Positions 9,612 through 19,500 of a stretch of DNA of 64,000 bases are shown here, piece by piece; within the stretch, counting starts at the first letter, position 1; each line of letters starts with the position of its first letter. The notes under the pieces were generated by a model, which saw nothing but the letters and a program-made list of their open reading frames with translations, searched no databases and had not been told where the DNA came from. Source of the DNA: Pseudomonadota bacterium (lineage in GTDB: Bacteria; Pseudomonadota; Alphaproteobacteria; Puniceispirillales; UBA1172); NCBI GenBank assembly GCA_027593125.1, contig JAQCJL010000001.1, positions 788 through 64,787 of the forward strand, read 5' to 3'. The translations under genes were made by a program, and so were the position numbers.

Positions 9612-10577
9612 ATGGCAGTTTATACCGTGATCACAGATGCAATGATTGACCAGCTTTTGGCTGGGTATGACATTGGCCAGAGACGGCAACTCACCGGTAT
9701 TACCCAAGGCGTTGAAAACACCAATTACCGGCTAGAGACAACCAAAGGTGACTATATTTTGACGATTTATGAACGTCGTGTCACGCCAGCAGAGTTGCCC
9801 TTTTTTATTGGCCTTAAAGGACATTTAGCAGCAAAGCATTTCCCTTGCCCTAGCCCTGTTGCGGATAAAACCGGTCAGATTCTTCAGACAATCAAAGATA
9901 AACCCATGGCGATTGTCACCTTTTTGCAAGGGGCATCCATCACCATACCTAACGAACAACACTGCAGGAAAGCAGGTGAAGTGCTAGCAACAATGCATTT
10001 GCAAGCAGCAGATTTCACCATAAAGCGGCCTAATGCCCTCAGCCAGCACGCTTGGCGGCCTTTATTTGCAGACACTGGCAAAGCTGCCGATCAGCTTGAA
10101 ACAGGACTAACCTTAACCGTAGATCATTGGCTTTCACGGATTGAGGCAGAATGGCCTAAAGACCTGCCATCAGGGGTGATCCACGCTGATCTTTTCCCAG
10201 ATAATATTCTGTTTTCAGGGGATGAGATTAGTGGCGTCATTGATTTCTATTTCGCCTGTCAGGATTGGTTTGCCTATGATCTGGCGATTATGATCAATGC
10301 ATGGTGTTTTGATAATCAAAAAGCCTTTCAGCGTGAACACGCTGCAGCACTCTTTGCTGGCTACACCTCACTAAGGCCGCTGAACCAAGCTGAATACGTC
10401 TCTCTGCCTGTTCTGGCACGAGGAGCCGCCATGCGGTTTTTCCTGACCCGATTATATGATTGGATCAATACCCCGGCAGATGCTCAAGTCCTGCCACATA
10501 ATCCGGTAGATTACCTCGATCGCCTGCGTTTTTTTGATGCCATCACCACAACTGAACAAATGGTCATGAGCCCATGA
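9612..10577 (+). CDS. thrB: Homoserine kinase, type II (APH-fold ThrB).
   Basis: MAVYT...[22 protein letters not shown] and the catalytic [13 protein letters not shown] motif. Confidence 0.85.
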   Translation: MAVYTVITDAMIDQLLAGYDIGQRRQLTGITQGVENTNYRLETTKGDYILTIYERRVTPAELPFFIGLKGHLAAKHFPCPSPVADKTGQILQTIKDKPMAIVTFLQGASITIPNEQHCRKAGEVLATMHLQAADFTIKRPNALSQHAWRPLFADTGKAADQLETGLTLTVDHWLSRIEAEWPKDLPSGVIHADLFPDNILFSGDEISGVIDFYFACQDWFAYDLAIMINAWCFDNQKAFQREHAAALFAGYTSLRPLNQAEYVSLPVLARGAAMRFFLTRLYDWINTPADAQVLPHNPVDYLDRLRFFDAITTTEQMVMSP

Positions 10578-11023
10578 ACAAGCCCCCACTTGAGATTTAT
10601 ACTGATGGTGCTTGCCTTGGGAACCCTGGTCCGGGCGGCTGGGGCGCTATCCTTGTATGGCAAGATCAAGAAAAAGAATTGTCAGGCTGTGAAGCTGATA
10701 CGACCAACAACCGCATGGAGCTATTGGCCGCGATTAAAGCGCTTGAGGCCGTGAGGCGGGCTGTACCGATTAAAGTGGTTTCAGACAGCATTTATCTGCG
10801 TGACGGCATTACAAAATGGATACATGGTTGGCGAAAAAATGGTTGGAAAACCGCAAACAAGAAGCCCGTAGCTAATCAAGATCTATGGCAAAGGCTAGAT
10901 GACCTCACCCAATCGTTTGAGATTAGCTGGGAATGGGTCAAGGGGCATTCAGGACACCCAATGAACGAACGCTGTGATGACTTAGCGCGAAAAGAGGCCG
11001 AGCGTCTGATACGCGGTGATTAG
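10574..11023 (+). CDS. rnhA: Ribonuclease HI.
   Basis: [49 protein letters not shown] overlap with thrB. Confidence 0.95.
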   Translation: MNKPPLEIYTDGACLGNPGPGGWGAILVWQDQEKELSGCEADTTNNRMELLAAIKALEAVRRAVPIKVVSDSIYLRDGITKWIHGWRKNGWKTANKKPVANQDLWQRLDDLTQSFEISWEWVKGHSGHPMNERCDDLARKEAERLIRGD

Positions 11024-11502
11024 AGCCGATCTATGACGTATTCGGCGGCAGAAACCGAAAACGCCGCTGGCTCTTCGATGTATAGCTGTGTCACTACACC
11101 GTTTTCCGCAACCATCGCGGTACGCCCTGCCCTATTTTTCCCTAAGACAGGGGTTGTGACCACATCAATACCCATCGCGTGAGAGGCTAATCCTTGCGCA
11201 TCAGCCAACATATCCACTTTGCCTGTTGCCCCAACCTGCGCCCCCCATGCTGACATCACATGAGCGTCATTAACAGCAAGACAACCAATTGCATCTATCC
11301 CCTTTGCCTTAAAATCATCCGCAAGGGTGATATAGCCAGGCAAATGTTTTTCTGAACAGGTTGGCGTAAATGCCCCAGGCACCGTCAACAAAACAACTTT
11401 ACGACCAGCTGCCCAAGCCGCAAGGCTAGTTTCGGTGATTGAGATATTTACTCTTAAATGTATTAAATCATCCGGAAGATGGTCACCGACAGCAATAGTC
11501 AT
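11020..11502 (-). CDS. Prx5-type peroxiredoxin (AhpC/TSA family).
   Basis: PGAFTPTCS peroxidatic Cys motif. No signal peptide. Trimmed to [10 protein letters not shown]. Confidence 0.85.
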   Translation of the reverse strand: MTIAVGDHLPDDLIHLRVNISITETSLAAWAAGRKVVLLTVPGAFTPTCSEKHLPGYITLADDFKAKGIDAIGCLAVNDAHVMSAWGAQVGATGKVDMLADAQGLASHAMGIDVVTTPVLGKNRAGRTAMVAENGVVTQLYIEEPAAFSVSAAEYVIDRL

Positions 11503-11526
11503 AGTAGTCTCCATTCTTATTGATGT

Positions 11527-13524
11527 TCAGTAAGTAGGCCGCAATATTGCCATTTCAATAGCATCAGACAACGCACTTGGTGTTAACAGTTCTGGCAAGA
11601 CCAAGGGACTTTCTAGTCCTGGACCATAAATGGCGTTAAATGGAATACCATAGCGCCCAAAACTCTTGAGGTAGTTCAAAATCTGATCATCAGGCCGCGT
11701 CCAATCTGCCTGTAAAAGAACAACCTCTTCTTGTGTTAATAGCTGTTGAACCGTTTCTGTTTCTAAGACAAAAAGTTGATTGGCCTTACAGGTCAAACAC
11801 CAATCTGCAGTGACATCAACCAGAACAATTTGACCATCAGAAGCTAGGCTTTCTGCCAATCCTGGTTGCCATTTCTGCCAGTCTCCAGATGATAGCGCTT
11901 TTTCGCCAGAAACCACAGCTATTAAAATAAAAACCATCCAAGCCGCTGTCAGCAAAAGCCCTAAGGCCAATATCCGCCGCACCCAGATTAACCATTTCCC
12001 AGGGCGTGGAAGAAATGCCGCTAAACGCGGAACTGCCGCCACCAACAACCATGGCGAGGCCAAACCCAATGCCATGACCAGAAATACCGCCATCATAACT
12101 TGAGGGGAAGCGGTAAAAGCAAAAGCCACCGCCGTGCCGACAAATGGCGCTGAACATGGGGTAGCAAGCAATGTTGCCATCGCCCCAGAAGCAAGATCAT
12201 TCCAGCCACTTTGTGGTGAGGCGTGATCACCATGATTCCAACGCCTAGACAGACGTTGAGCCAATTTAGGCACTGGCAGGATAATAAAATCCAGCATCAT
12301 AAGGGCAAAACCCACCATCAAGAGAGCCATAAAGCCGAGAAAATACGGGTTCTGAAACTGTACCCCCCAGCCAATAGCCGCCCCTGCTTGACGCATGAGC
12401 AAAAGGATCACCCCCAACAGCATAAACGAGAGAATAATTCCACTTGCCGAGAGCAAAAAGGAACGTCTGATTTGAGGCAAAGCAGCCTTACCATGCCCAA
12501 GAGCACCCGCCAGTTTAATGGAAATCACGGGCAGTACGCATGGCATGATATTCAGAATTAACCCCCCAAGGAAAGCAATGATAAAGATAGAGGCTAACCC
12601 TTGGCGTATCACGGGTATTGCCTTGCCTTCGCTGATAGCTATCGTCTGTTCCAACATAAAATCAGGATGAATAACAGTTATTACCGCCTGACGGCCAATA
12701 AGGGTTGCGGTGTCACCCCCCATAACCGGAATGCTTGCCGCGCTTTGCCCAAAATCAGGGGCTTGAAACCCTAACCCCGAAGCGTCGGTTTCAATCAGCA
12801 TATCACCTTCACGCATCGTAAAAATTGCCCCAGAACGGTCAGCAATGGTGACATGAAGCTGATCGGTAGTAACTTGGGCTGAGACGATATGATAGCCGTT
12901 GCTTGTGCCTTCAGATGGCACTAAAGCCTCTGCCTTAGCAAGGGTGAAAGCATGCTGAGACGGGGATGCCATCCCAGCTGGAATCTGCAAGGTTAAAATC
13001 TCATCAACGGGAATACATAAATCGGCACAAACTAGCCCGTTAAATGCTGCCACTAAAGTGACATCCTTAGCAGATGATGTGATAAGGCTTTGGTCAAGGT
13101 TAAGGGTAAGCGGAAACACCACCTCATTGCCATAACCAAAGGTATCAAGCCCAAAGAGAGTAAAGCGTTTTGGTGCTGGAAAGTCCATCTTATGATGCAA
13201 AACGGCGGCACTAGCCGAAAAATCAAGCACGGGCGGCAAACCAGCATCGCCAGGGCTACGCCAATAAATTTTCCATCCATCTGCCAATTCTACCTGAAGC
13301 CCGGCTTTAAGCGTAGAAGTACCATCATGATGCGTGGTGGCAGAAATCAGCCGTAACTGAACTTCACCCGTACCCTGCCATGGGCCTGTGTCTGCCTGTG
13401 CCATAGAAGCAGTTAATAGAATAGGAAAGAAGGCTGATATCACCATCAGCCAGCCAAGCGTAATGACCTTGCCCATGGCCTGCATGCGTCTATTATTCTT
13501 TATCTCTGACATGAGAAATACCAT
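11527..13524 (-). CDS. DsbD/ScsB-family transmembrane thiol:disulfide reductant transporter.
   Basis: Signal peptide and a roughly 300 aa periplasmic N-domain with VCADLCIPV. The CcdA-like TM core has two Cys (NIMPCVLPV, LATPCSAPF). C-terminal thioredoxin domain with WCLTCK. The start is uncertain (ATG 13524, 13512 or later). Confidence 0.8.
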   Translation of the reverse strand: MVFLMSEIKNNRRMQAMGKVITLGWLMVISAFFPILLTASMAQADTGPWQGTGEVQLRLISATTHHDGTSTLKAGLQVELADGWKIYWRSPGDAGLPPVLDFSASAAVLHHKMDFPAPKRFTLFGLDTFGYGNEVVFPLTLNLDQSLITSSAKDVTLVAAFNGLVCADLCIPVDEILTLQIPAGMASPSQHAFTLAKAEALVPSEGTSNGYHIVSAQVTTDQLHVTIADRSGAIFTMREGDMLIETDASGLGFQAPDFGQSAASIPVMGGDTATLIGRQAVITVIHPDFMLEQTIAISEGKAIPVIRQGLASIFIIAFLGGLILNIMPCVLPVISIKLAGALGHGKAALPQIRRSFLLSASGIILSFMLLGVILLLMRQAGAAIGWGVQFQNPYFLGFMALLMVGFALMMLDFIILPVPKLAQRLSRRWNHGDHASPQSGWNDLASGAMATLLATPCSAPFVGTAVAFAFTASPQVMMAVFLVMALGLASPWLLVAAVPRLAAFLPRPGKWLIWVRRILALGLLLTAAWMVFILIAVVSGEKALSSGDWQKWQPGLAESLASDGQIVLVDVTADWCLTCKANQLFVLETETVQQLLTQEEVVLLQADWTRPDDQILNYLKSFGRYGIPFNAIYGPGLESPLVLPELLTPSALSDAIEMAILRPTY

Positions 13525-13580
13525 GGACTGATAGGAAACATCTGGTCAAGTGCACGATTTGTCGCTAGCATTTCAAAAGG

Positions 13581-14144
13581 ATGAACACAAAACACTCATT
13601 ACTTGGCCAATTATTGATTGCATCTCCGCAAATGGATGATCCCAGATTTGTGAATGCCGTGATATTGATTTGCCAACATGACGAAACATCCGCCATGGGT
13701 CTGATCATCAACCATAAAGCTGATGGGATGGATTTGGATGAGTTGTCAAAACAACTTGGCACAGGAACACCGCGATTTGGCGGTGATACACCTGTGCATT
13801 ATGGCGGCCCAGTCGAACCATCCAGAGGCATGGTGCTTCATTCCAGTGATCATGTCCTACCTGAAACCGTCATGGTCAGCAACGAGGTCGCCATGACCGC
13901 TAATATCCGCATCATTTCTGAAATCACCAATGGCTATGGCCCTAGTGAGTTTATTATCGCGCTTGGACACGCCAGCTGGGCGGCTGGGCAATTGGAAAAC
14001 GAGCTTAAAAGCAACGCATGGATTATCATGCCTTATGCTCATGATTTGGTGTTTAGCTGTCTCAACCGTGACCAGTGGCAGGATTGCTATTCGCGGTTGG
14101 GTATCGCAACCGAACATATGTCATCTAGCGTCGGTCACGCCTAA
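13581..14144 (+). CDS. YqgE/AlgH family protein (UPF0301).
   Basis: LLIASPQMDDPRFVNAVILICQHDETSAMGLIINH is typical of the family. Confidence 0.85.
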   Translation: MNTKHSLLGQLLIASPQMDDPRFVNAVILICQHDETSAMGLIINHKADGMDLDELSKQLGTGTPRFGGDTPVHYGGPVEPSRGMVLHSSDHVLPETVMVSNEVAMTANIRIISEITNGYGPSEFIIALGHASWAAGQLENELKSNAWIIMPYAHDLVFSCLNRDQWQDCYSRLGIATEHMSSSVGHA

Positions 14145-14149
14145 GATCT

Positions 14150-15445
14150 TTATTTTAGTAAGGCTGCCATCATATCTGCAGACATCAGGGATTTTGCCCG
14201 TTTGTCACCAATAGCAGCAAGCACCGGATCACCCATGATAAGGCGATTGGTAACCTTCTCAATCGCGGCAACATCAATATCATCAATAGCTGATAACTGG
14301 CTGGCGGTGTCTTTTAGCTCCCCATATTGTATCCATTGCCTCGGCATGCTCTCACACACGCGCATGACGCTCTCACCCCCCATCAAGAGGCTAGAACGCA
14401 TCTGAGCTTTGGCGCGAGCCAGTTCTTCCTCAAGGGTATTTTTGGATAAGGTCGCCAGCTCCCCACAAGCTACGCGTATCAACTCATTAGCATCCTTAGC
14501 ATCGGTTCCGGCATAGACTCCAAACACCCCATGATCAGATAGCATTTGACCAAATGAAAAAACGCTGTAACACAAGCCACGCTTTTCGCGCACCTCTTGA
14601 AACAATCGTGACGACATCCCACCACCATAGAGTATAGACAAAGCCAGCAAAGGCCAGCGATCAGGGTCACCCCATGAAAACGCTGGCCAGCCAAACACCA
14701 AATGCGTCTGTTCCAAATCGCGCACCAACACATCCTGGCGCTGATCAGTGGCCTGAGGCCAAGATGGAACCCCACGTTCAGGCTTTGATACCTTTCGGGT
14801 TAGGCTAGCCTCAATAGCATCCACACGCTTTAACAACGCCTCATGTTGGATCTGTCCAGCCGCAGAAATAATCATATTTGATGTGCCATAATAGCGGTCC
14901 ATAAAGCCGCTAAGATCACTGCGTCCAAACCCTGTCACACTCTCTGTTGTCCCTAGAATGGGTCGCCCAGCCGAATGTTCCGGAAAACATAATCCTTGAA
15001 ATAGATCAAAGACAATATCATCCGGCGTATCGTTAGCCTGACCAATTTCCTGAATGATTACCCCTTTTTCACGAGCAATTTCTTCATCAGGCAAAGTTGA
15101 ACTGGTTAAAATATCCACTAGCAAATCAAGAGCAAAATCAAGATGGTCCGGCAATAAGCGGATATAATACGCCGTTTCCTCCCGGCTGGTATGGGCGTTA
15201 ATAAATCCGCCAATATCCTCAACCTGCCGCGCGATGGTTTCCGCATCGCGTCGCTGTGTGCCCTTAAACGCCATATGTTCTAACATATGAGCAACACCAT
15301 GTTCTTGATCGGTTTCATCCCGACTGCCAGCAGAAATCCAGATACCAATGGCAATGCTATTCGCATAAGGCATTTCAGTGCTGGCGATTGTCAAACCGCT
15401 TGACCTTTGGCTTACACGCGCTGATGGGGAAACCATGGCGGTCAT
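14150..15445 (-). CDS. M16 family zinc peptidase (MPP/PqqL-like).
   Basis: Inverted zinc motif HMLEHMAFKG (HxxEH) and downstream E residues. Confidence 0.85.
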   Translation of the reverse strand: MTAMVSPSARVSQRSSGLTIASTEMPYANSIAIGIWISAGSRDETDQEHGVAHMLEHMAFKGTQRRDAETIARQVEDIGGFINAHTSREETAYYIRLLPDHLDFALDLLVDILTSSTLPDEEIAREKGVIIQEIGQANDTPDDIVFDLFQGLCFPEHSAGRPILGTTESVTGFGRSDLSGFMDRYYGTSNMIISAAGQIQHEALLKRVDAIEASLTRKVSKPERGVPSWPQATDQRQDVLVRDLEQTHLVFGWPAFSWGDPDRWPLLALSILYGGGMSSRLFQEVREKRGLCYSVFSFGQMLSDHGVFGVYAGTDAKDANELIRVACGELATLSKNTLEEELARAKAQMRSSLLMGGESVMRVCESMPRQWIQYGELKDTASQLSAIDDIDVAAIEKVTNRLIMGDPVLAAIGDKRAKSLMSADMMAALLK

Positions 15446-15461
15446 GATCGCTGTCCTGACA

Positions 15462-16865
15462 TTACCGTTTTTTGCTATCGATCAGGGCTGCCACCTCAAT
15501 GGCTGAGGCAGAACAATTCACATTCTGATGTGGCCGTTGCATCAGATCACTCAAATGGTCTGGCAACTCTGGCCAAAGACCAGTGGCCTTTTCCACAGCA
15601 TCAGGAAACTTAGCCGGATGCGCACAGGCCAGCGCCACAATTTTATGGTCATCTGTTTTTGCCGCCTCACGCGCGGCGGCTAGTCCCACGGCACTATGTG
15701 GATCAACCAGCACACCATCATCTTTCCATGTCCGTGCGATTTCAGCCAAAGTCGCCTCATCATCACAGCGAAAGCCACTAAAGAGGTTAATATCATCATT
15801 AACCATATCCCGGGTAAGGGTGAATTGTCCTGTGTCTGAAAAGCGTTTCATCAATGCCCGCGTCTGATCACCATCACGGTCTAACAATTCAAATATGAGA
15901 CGCTCAAAATTGCTTGAAACTTGAATATCCATTGAAGGGCTAAGGCTAGGTTCTACCGCCCGTCTTTCCATCACCCCATGGTCAAAAAACCGCGCCAGAA
16001 TATCATTACGATTTGAAGCGCAGATAAACTGATGCACAGGCAGTCCCATTTTCATGACTGCATAACCTGCAAAAATATTTCCGAAATTTCCAGTTGGGAC
16101 GGAAAAAGATACTGGTTTTTCTAAGCCGCCAAGGGCCAAAGCTGAGGTAACATAATAAACCATTTGCGGCATTAACCGCGCCCAATTAATCGAATTGACC
16201 GCCGATAACCCAATCCGATCACGAAACTCTAGATCACCGAAAAGGTGTTTAACGATGCCTTGGCAATCATCAAAATCACCCTTTACCGCCACCGCATAGG
16301 CGCCATCAGCAATCACACTGGTCATTTGCTGTTCCTGAACTGGCGATACCCTTCCATCAGGATAGAGAATAAAGATATCTACCATCTGACGGTCACGAAA
16401 CGCTTCTAGTGCCGCAGACCCCGTATCACCACTTGTTGCCCCCAAGATTACCGCACGCTGGCCTTTGCGCGCCAACGCCTGATCAAAGAGACGCGATAAA
16501 ACCTGCATAGCTACATCTTTAAAGGCAATGGTTGGCCCATAAAATAATTCACAAAGATGGATTTGATCATTGATTGGTTTTAGCGGCGCTACCCCAGGCG
16601 AAGAGAAACTGGTATAGGCCTCACGGCTTAACGCCAACAAGTCATCAAAACCAAAATCTGGCCCTGTGAATTTAGCCATAATACGGGCTGCCACTTCAGC
16701 ATATGGCATTGATGCCATAGCCGCGAGTTCACCGTCAGCAAAACGCGGCCAAGCCGTTGGCAGATAAAGCCCACCATCACGCGCCAAACCCGAAAGAAGA
16801 GCCGTTTCAAAACTGATCGGGCCATCATTGCCACGGGTGCTGATATAACGGATTTCTTCTGACAT
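15462..16865 (-). CDS. thrC: Threonine synthase.
   Basis: YISTRG...SFE N-terminus, PLP lysine context PTIAFKD, GATSGDTGSA loop. Confidence 0.95.
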   Translation of the reverse strand: MSEEIRYISTRGNDGPISFETALLSGLARDGGLYLPTAWPRFADGELAAMASMPYAEVAARIMAKFTGPDFGFDDLLALSREAYTSFSSPGVAPLKPINDQIHLCELFYGPTIAFKDVAMQVLSRLFDQALARKGQRAVILGATSGDTGSAALEAFRDRQMVDIFILYPDGRVSPVQEQQMTSVIADGAYAVAVKGDFDDCQGIVKHLFGDLEFRDRIGLSAVNSINWARLMPQMVYYVTSALALGGLEKPVSFSVPTGNFGNIFAGYAVMKMGLPVHQFICASNRNDILARFFDHGVMERRAVEPSLSPSMDIQVSSNFERLIFELLDRDGDQTRALMKRFSDTGQFTLTRDMVNDDINLFSGFRCDDEATLAEIARTWKDDGVLVDPHSAVGLAAAREAAKTDDHKIVALACAHPAKFPDAVEKATGLWPELPDHLSDLMQRPHQNVNCSASAIEVAALIDSKKR

Positions 16866-17587
16866 CAGGATTTCTCCTTATGGCCTAAACGTCCTGCTTG
16901 TCTATGCCATGAGAAATACACGCCAACAAGGCCAAGCGCAATGCCATACCATGTCAGCGCATACTGCAAGTGGTTATTAGGAAGCGTAATATTGACCCCT
17001 GCACCAATCGGTAGGACATAAGGCCCATCAGGGCGTAAAGCATCAACGGTAAAGGTGTTAACGATGCTATCACCAAGGCCTGAATATTGGCTGATATCCG
17101 CAATAGAAAGAGTAAACCAATCCCCATTTGCTAGATCATTTTCTGGCACAAAATAGCCCTTTTTTGCAGGCAATCTGACGATACCATCCACTTGAATCAA
17201 ACCGGTGGTTAAGGTTGCTGGACGTTGGTCTGGCTCACGGTAGTCTTGCGAAACCCAGCCCCGATTAATTAAGATGATACGATCATCATCTAACCGCAAT
17301 GGGGTGATGATATGATACCCCGCAGTACCTTCAAAGGTGCGGCCAGTTAATTGCACTTCATGTTGATGTAGCCACACCCCTTCAACGAAAACACGTTGAT
17401 AGCGCTGCGGTTCATCAAAAGACAAACTTGTAACAGGAATTGGCGTACTATGTGCTCGATCCTCAAACTCAGCGATAAGCTCTGCCTTCCACTGCATCCG
17501 ATAGATTTGCCAACTGCCAAGCGTTACCAGAATACCAAATGCCATGACTGAAAATACAGTCATCCACAAGGCTGGACGAAATCCCAT
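16865..17587 (-). CDS. surf1: SURF1 family cytochrome oxidase assembly protein.
   Basis: Trimmed to MGFRPALWMT... Two flanking TMs, LGSWQIYRMQWK and NHLQYALTWYGIA motifs. The stop overlaps the thrC ATG (TGATG). Confidence 0.85.
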   Translation of the reverse strand: MGFRPALWMTVFSVMAFGILVTLGSWQIYRMQWKAELIAEFEDRAHSTPIPVTSLSFDEPQRYQRVFVEGVWLHQHEVQLTGRTFEGTAGYHIITPLRLDDDRIILINRGWVSQDYREPDQRPATLTTGLIQVDGIVRLPAKKGYFVPENDLANGDWFTLSIADISQYSGLGDSIVNTFTVDALRPDGPYVLPIGAGVNITLPNNHLQYALTWYGIALGLVGVYFSWHRQAGRLGHKEKS

Positions 17588-17601
17588 CCTATAGGCCTTT
17601 C

Positions 17602-17967
17602 CTAAAAATAACGTTTTTCCGGATCGCGAATCCGAAATTGCCAACCAATCATCAAAGCTTTGAGAGGCCTTAAGGTTTTTAAGGTGGCGATGACCATCAC
17701 AACTCCCCACAAAATAGCCTGCACCCACAATGGCGGCGAGACTAGTTTTTCCAAGAGAAAGGCCAGGGGAACAATCAAAGCCCCATAAACCAGAACCATT
17801 AGTGACGCTGGTCCATCACCAGCATCAAGTTCACTAAAATCAAAATCACAAGCTGTGCAAGTTTGTGCCATCCTGATCCGAGAGACGAACAATGCCCCCA
17901 CACCGCAATTCGGGCAGGTGTTATTCCATGCCCGTTTCACAGGTCCAGATGAGGATGGCTCACTCAT
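17602..17967 (-). CDS. DUF983 zinc-ribbon membrane protein.
   Basis: CPNCGVG...CTAC Cys4 ribbon followed by two TMs. Conserved position between ctaE and surf1 in alphaproteobacteria. Confidence 0.75.
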   Translation of the reverse strand: MSEPSSSGPVKRAWNNTCPNCGVGALFVSRIRMAQTCTACDFDFSELDAGDGPASLMVLVYGALIVPLAFLLEKLVSPPLWVQAILWGVVMVIATLKTLRPLKALMIGWQFRIRDPEKRYF

Positions 17968-17973
17968 CGCTGA

Positions 17974-18759
17974 TCAACCACCCCAGATATAGACGGCAAC
18001 AAAGAGGAACAACCAAACAACATCAACAAAATGCCAGTACCACGCCGCCGCCTCAAAGCCGAAATGCTGTTTCGCTGTGAAATGCCCTTGCAGCCCACGG
18101 TAATAACAAACGGCTAGAAATAGCGTTCCAATAATCACGTGGAAGCCGTGAAAACCAGTTGCCATGTAGAAAACTGAAGCATAAATCCCATCAGTAAAGG
18201 CAAAATGCGCGTGATGATATTCATATGCTTGCAACGCTGTAAATAATGCCCCGAGGCCAATCGTAACAGCAAGGCCACGCATGAAATCACGGCGGTTGTC
18301 ATGCAACAGCGCATGGTGTGCCCACGTGACACTACACCCAGACAACAACAAAATCATGGTGTTGATCAGCGGCAAATCAAGCGGATTAAAGGTATGGATA
18401 CCTTCAGGTGGCCAAACACCGCCAACTGGGAAAAGTGACCGATCAAAAAACGCCCAGAAAAACGCGACAAAGAACATCACCTCAGAGGTAATGAACAGCA
18501 TCATTCCATAACGCATACCAATTTGAACGATAGGGGTATGATGGCCTTGGTATTCAGCTTCGCGAACAACATCACGCCACCAATAAAACATGGTCACAAC
18601 AACCATGAAAAGACCAAATAACATGGCATAAATACCATATGCATGTTCATGCATGAACAGAACGCCGCCAATCGCCATAGTCAAAGCCGCCATAGACCCT
18701 AAAGCCGGCCATGGGCTAGGTTCGACAAGATGATACGGATGTTTTTGCTCTCCACTCAT
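17974..18759 (-). CDS. ctaE: Cytochrome c oxidase subunit III.
   Basis: [13 protein letters not shown]-terminus, 7 TMs, [14 protein letters not shown]. Trimmed to [10 protein letters not shown]. Confidence 0.95.
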   Translation of the reverse strand: MSGEQKHPYHLVEPSPWPALGSMAALTMAIGGVLFMHEHAYGIYAMLFGLFMVVVTMFYWWRDVVREAEYQGHHTPIVQIGMRYGMMLFITSEVMFFVAFFWAFFDRSLFPVGGVWPPEGIHTFNPLDLPLINTMILLLSGCSVTWAHHALLHDNRRDFMRGLAVTIGLGALFTALQAYEYHHAHFAFTDGIYASVFYMATGFHGFHVIIGTLFLAVCYYRGLQGHFTAKQHFGFEAAAWYWHFVDVVWLFLFVAVYIWGG

Positions 18760-18805
18760 GATTTCCCCCTTATTTATCCTTTGCAAGCAAGTATATGGTC
18801 ATGTC

Positions 18806-19354
18806 TTAGTTTTCAACAGCAAAAAACGTATAAGACAAGGTTATTTCCGGAATTTCTTGGGTATTACTATTCTCATCTATTTCCGGGTCAATATAAAACA
18901 CAACTGGCATGGAAACACTTTCGCCAGGCTGAAGAGTTTGTTCTTCAAAACAGAAACAATCAATCTTCATAAAATATGGCCCAGCCTTAAATGGTGTCAC
19001 ATTAAAGGTTGAGGTTCCCGTGCTAGGGGTGTCGCCTAAATTGGTCGCGGTGTAATGAATGATCACCTCTTCACCAGGGGCAATTCTAACGGGTTTTTGA
19101 GGTCCGCTAAACTGCCAATTCAAATTAGACTGCGTATGGGCATTAAAACGCACTTCACGCATTGGCGCCCCAGCGGAAGACCCAGGTGCTGATATTGATA
19201 CCTGCGTCGTGCCGCCATAACCCGTTACCTGACAAAACAGCTGGTAAAGTGGAACCGATGCGAAGGCCAAACCAACCATACCAAAAACCAGCACCATGAT
19301 GCCAATCATCATGCGGCGATTACGCTGTGAAGTCATGACTACATCAGCAGACAT
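18806..19354 (-). CDS. ctaG: Cytochrome c oxidase assembly protein CtaG/Cox11 (CuB insertion).
   Basis: N-terminal TM, LYQLFCQVTGYGGT, CFCF copper motif. Confidence 0.9.
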   Translation of the reverse strand: MSADVVMTSQRNRRMMIGIMVLVFGMVGLAFASVPLYQLFCQVTGYGGTTQVSISAPGSSAGAPMREVRFNAHTQSNLNWQFSGPQKPVRIAPGEEVIIHYTATNLGDTPSTGTSTFNVTPFKAGPYFMKIDCFCFEEQTLQPGESVSMPVVFYIDPEIDENSNTQEIPEITLSYTFFAVEN

Positions 19355-19500
19355 CAGGCCAGACTCATCTTAACAATGGTGATAACAAAAAACAAAACAG
19401 CAAGACCTAATACTGCCGTTAACATAAATATATTTCTGCGGCGGATGACGGCCGCGACCTCATCATGTGACTGGGCATCAGGCTTATTTTTATTGGTCAT
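19354..19500 (-). CDS. 48 aa single-TM micro-protein between ctaB and ctaG (CoxF-like position).
   Basis: My own translation: MTNKNKPDAQSHDEVAAVIRRRNIFMLTAVLGLAVLFFVITIVKMSLA. The ATG overlaps the ctaB stop (ATGA). Its TGA overlaps the ctaG ATG (TGATG). It is below the 60 aa track cutoff. Confidence 0.5.
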   Translation of the reverse strand: MTNKNKPDAQSHDEVAAVIRRRNIFMLTAVLGLAVLFFVITIVKMSLA

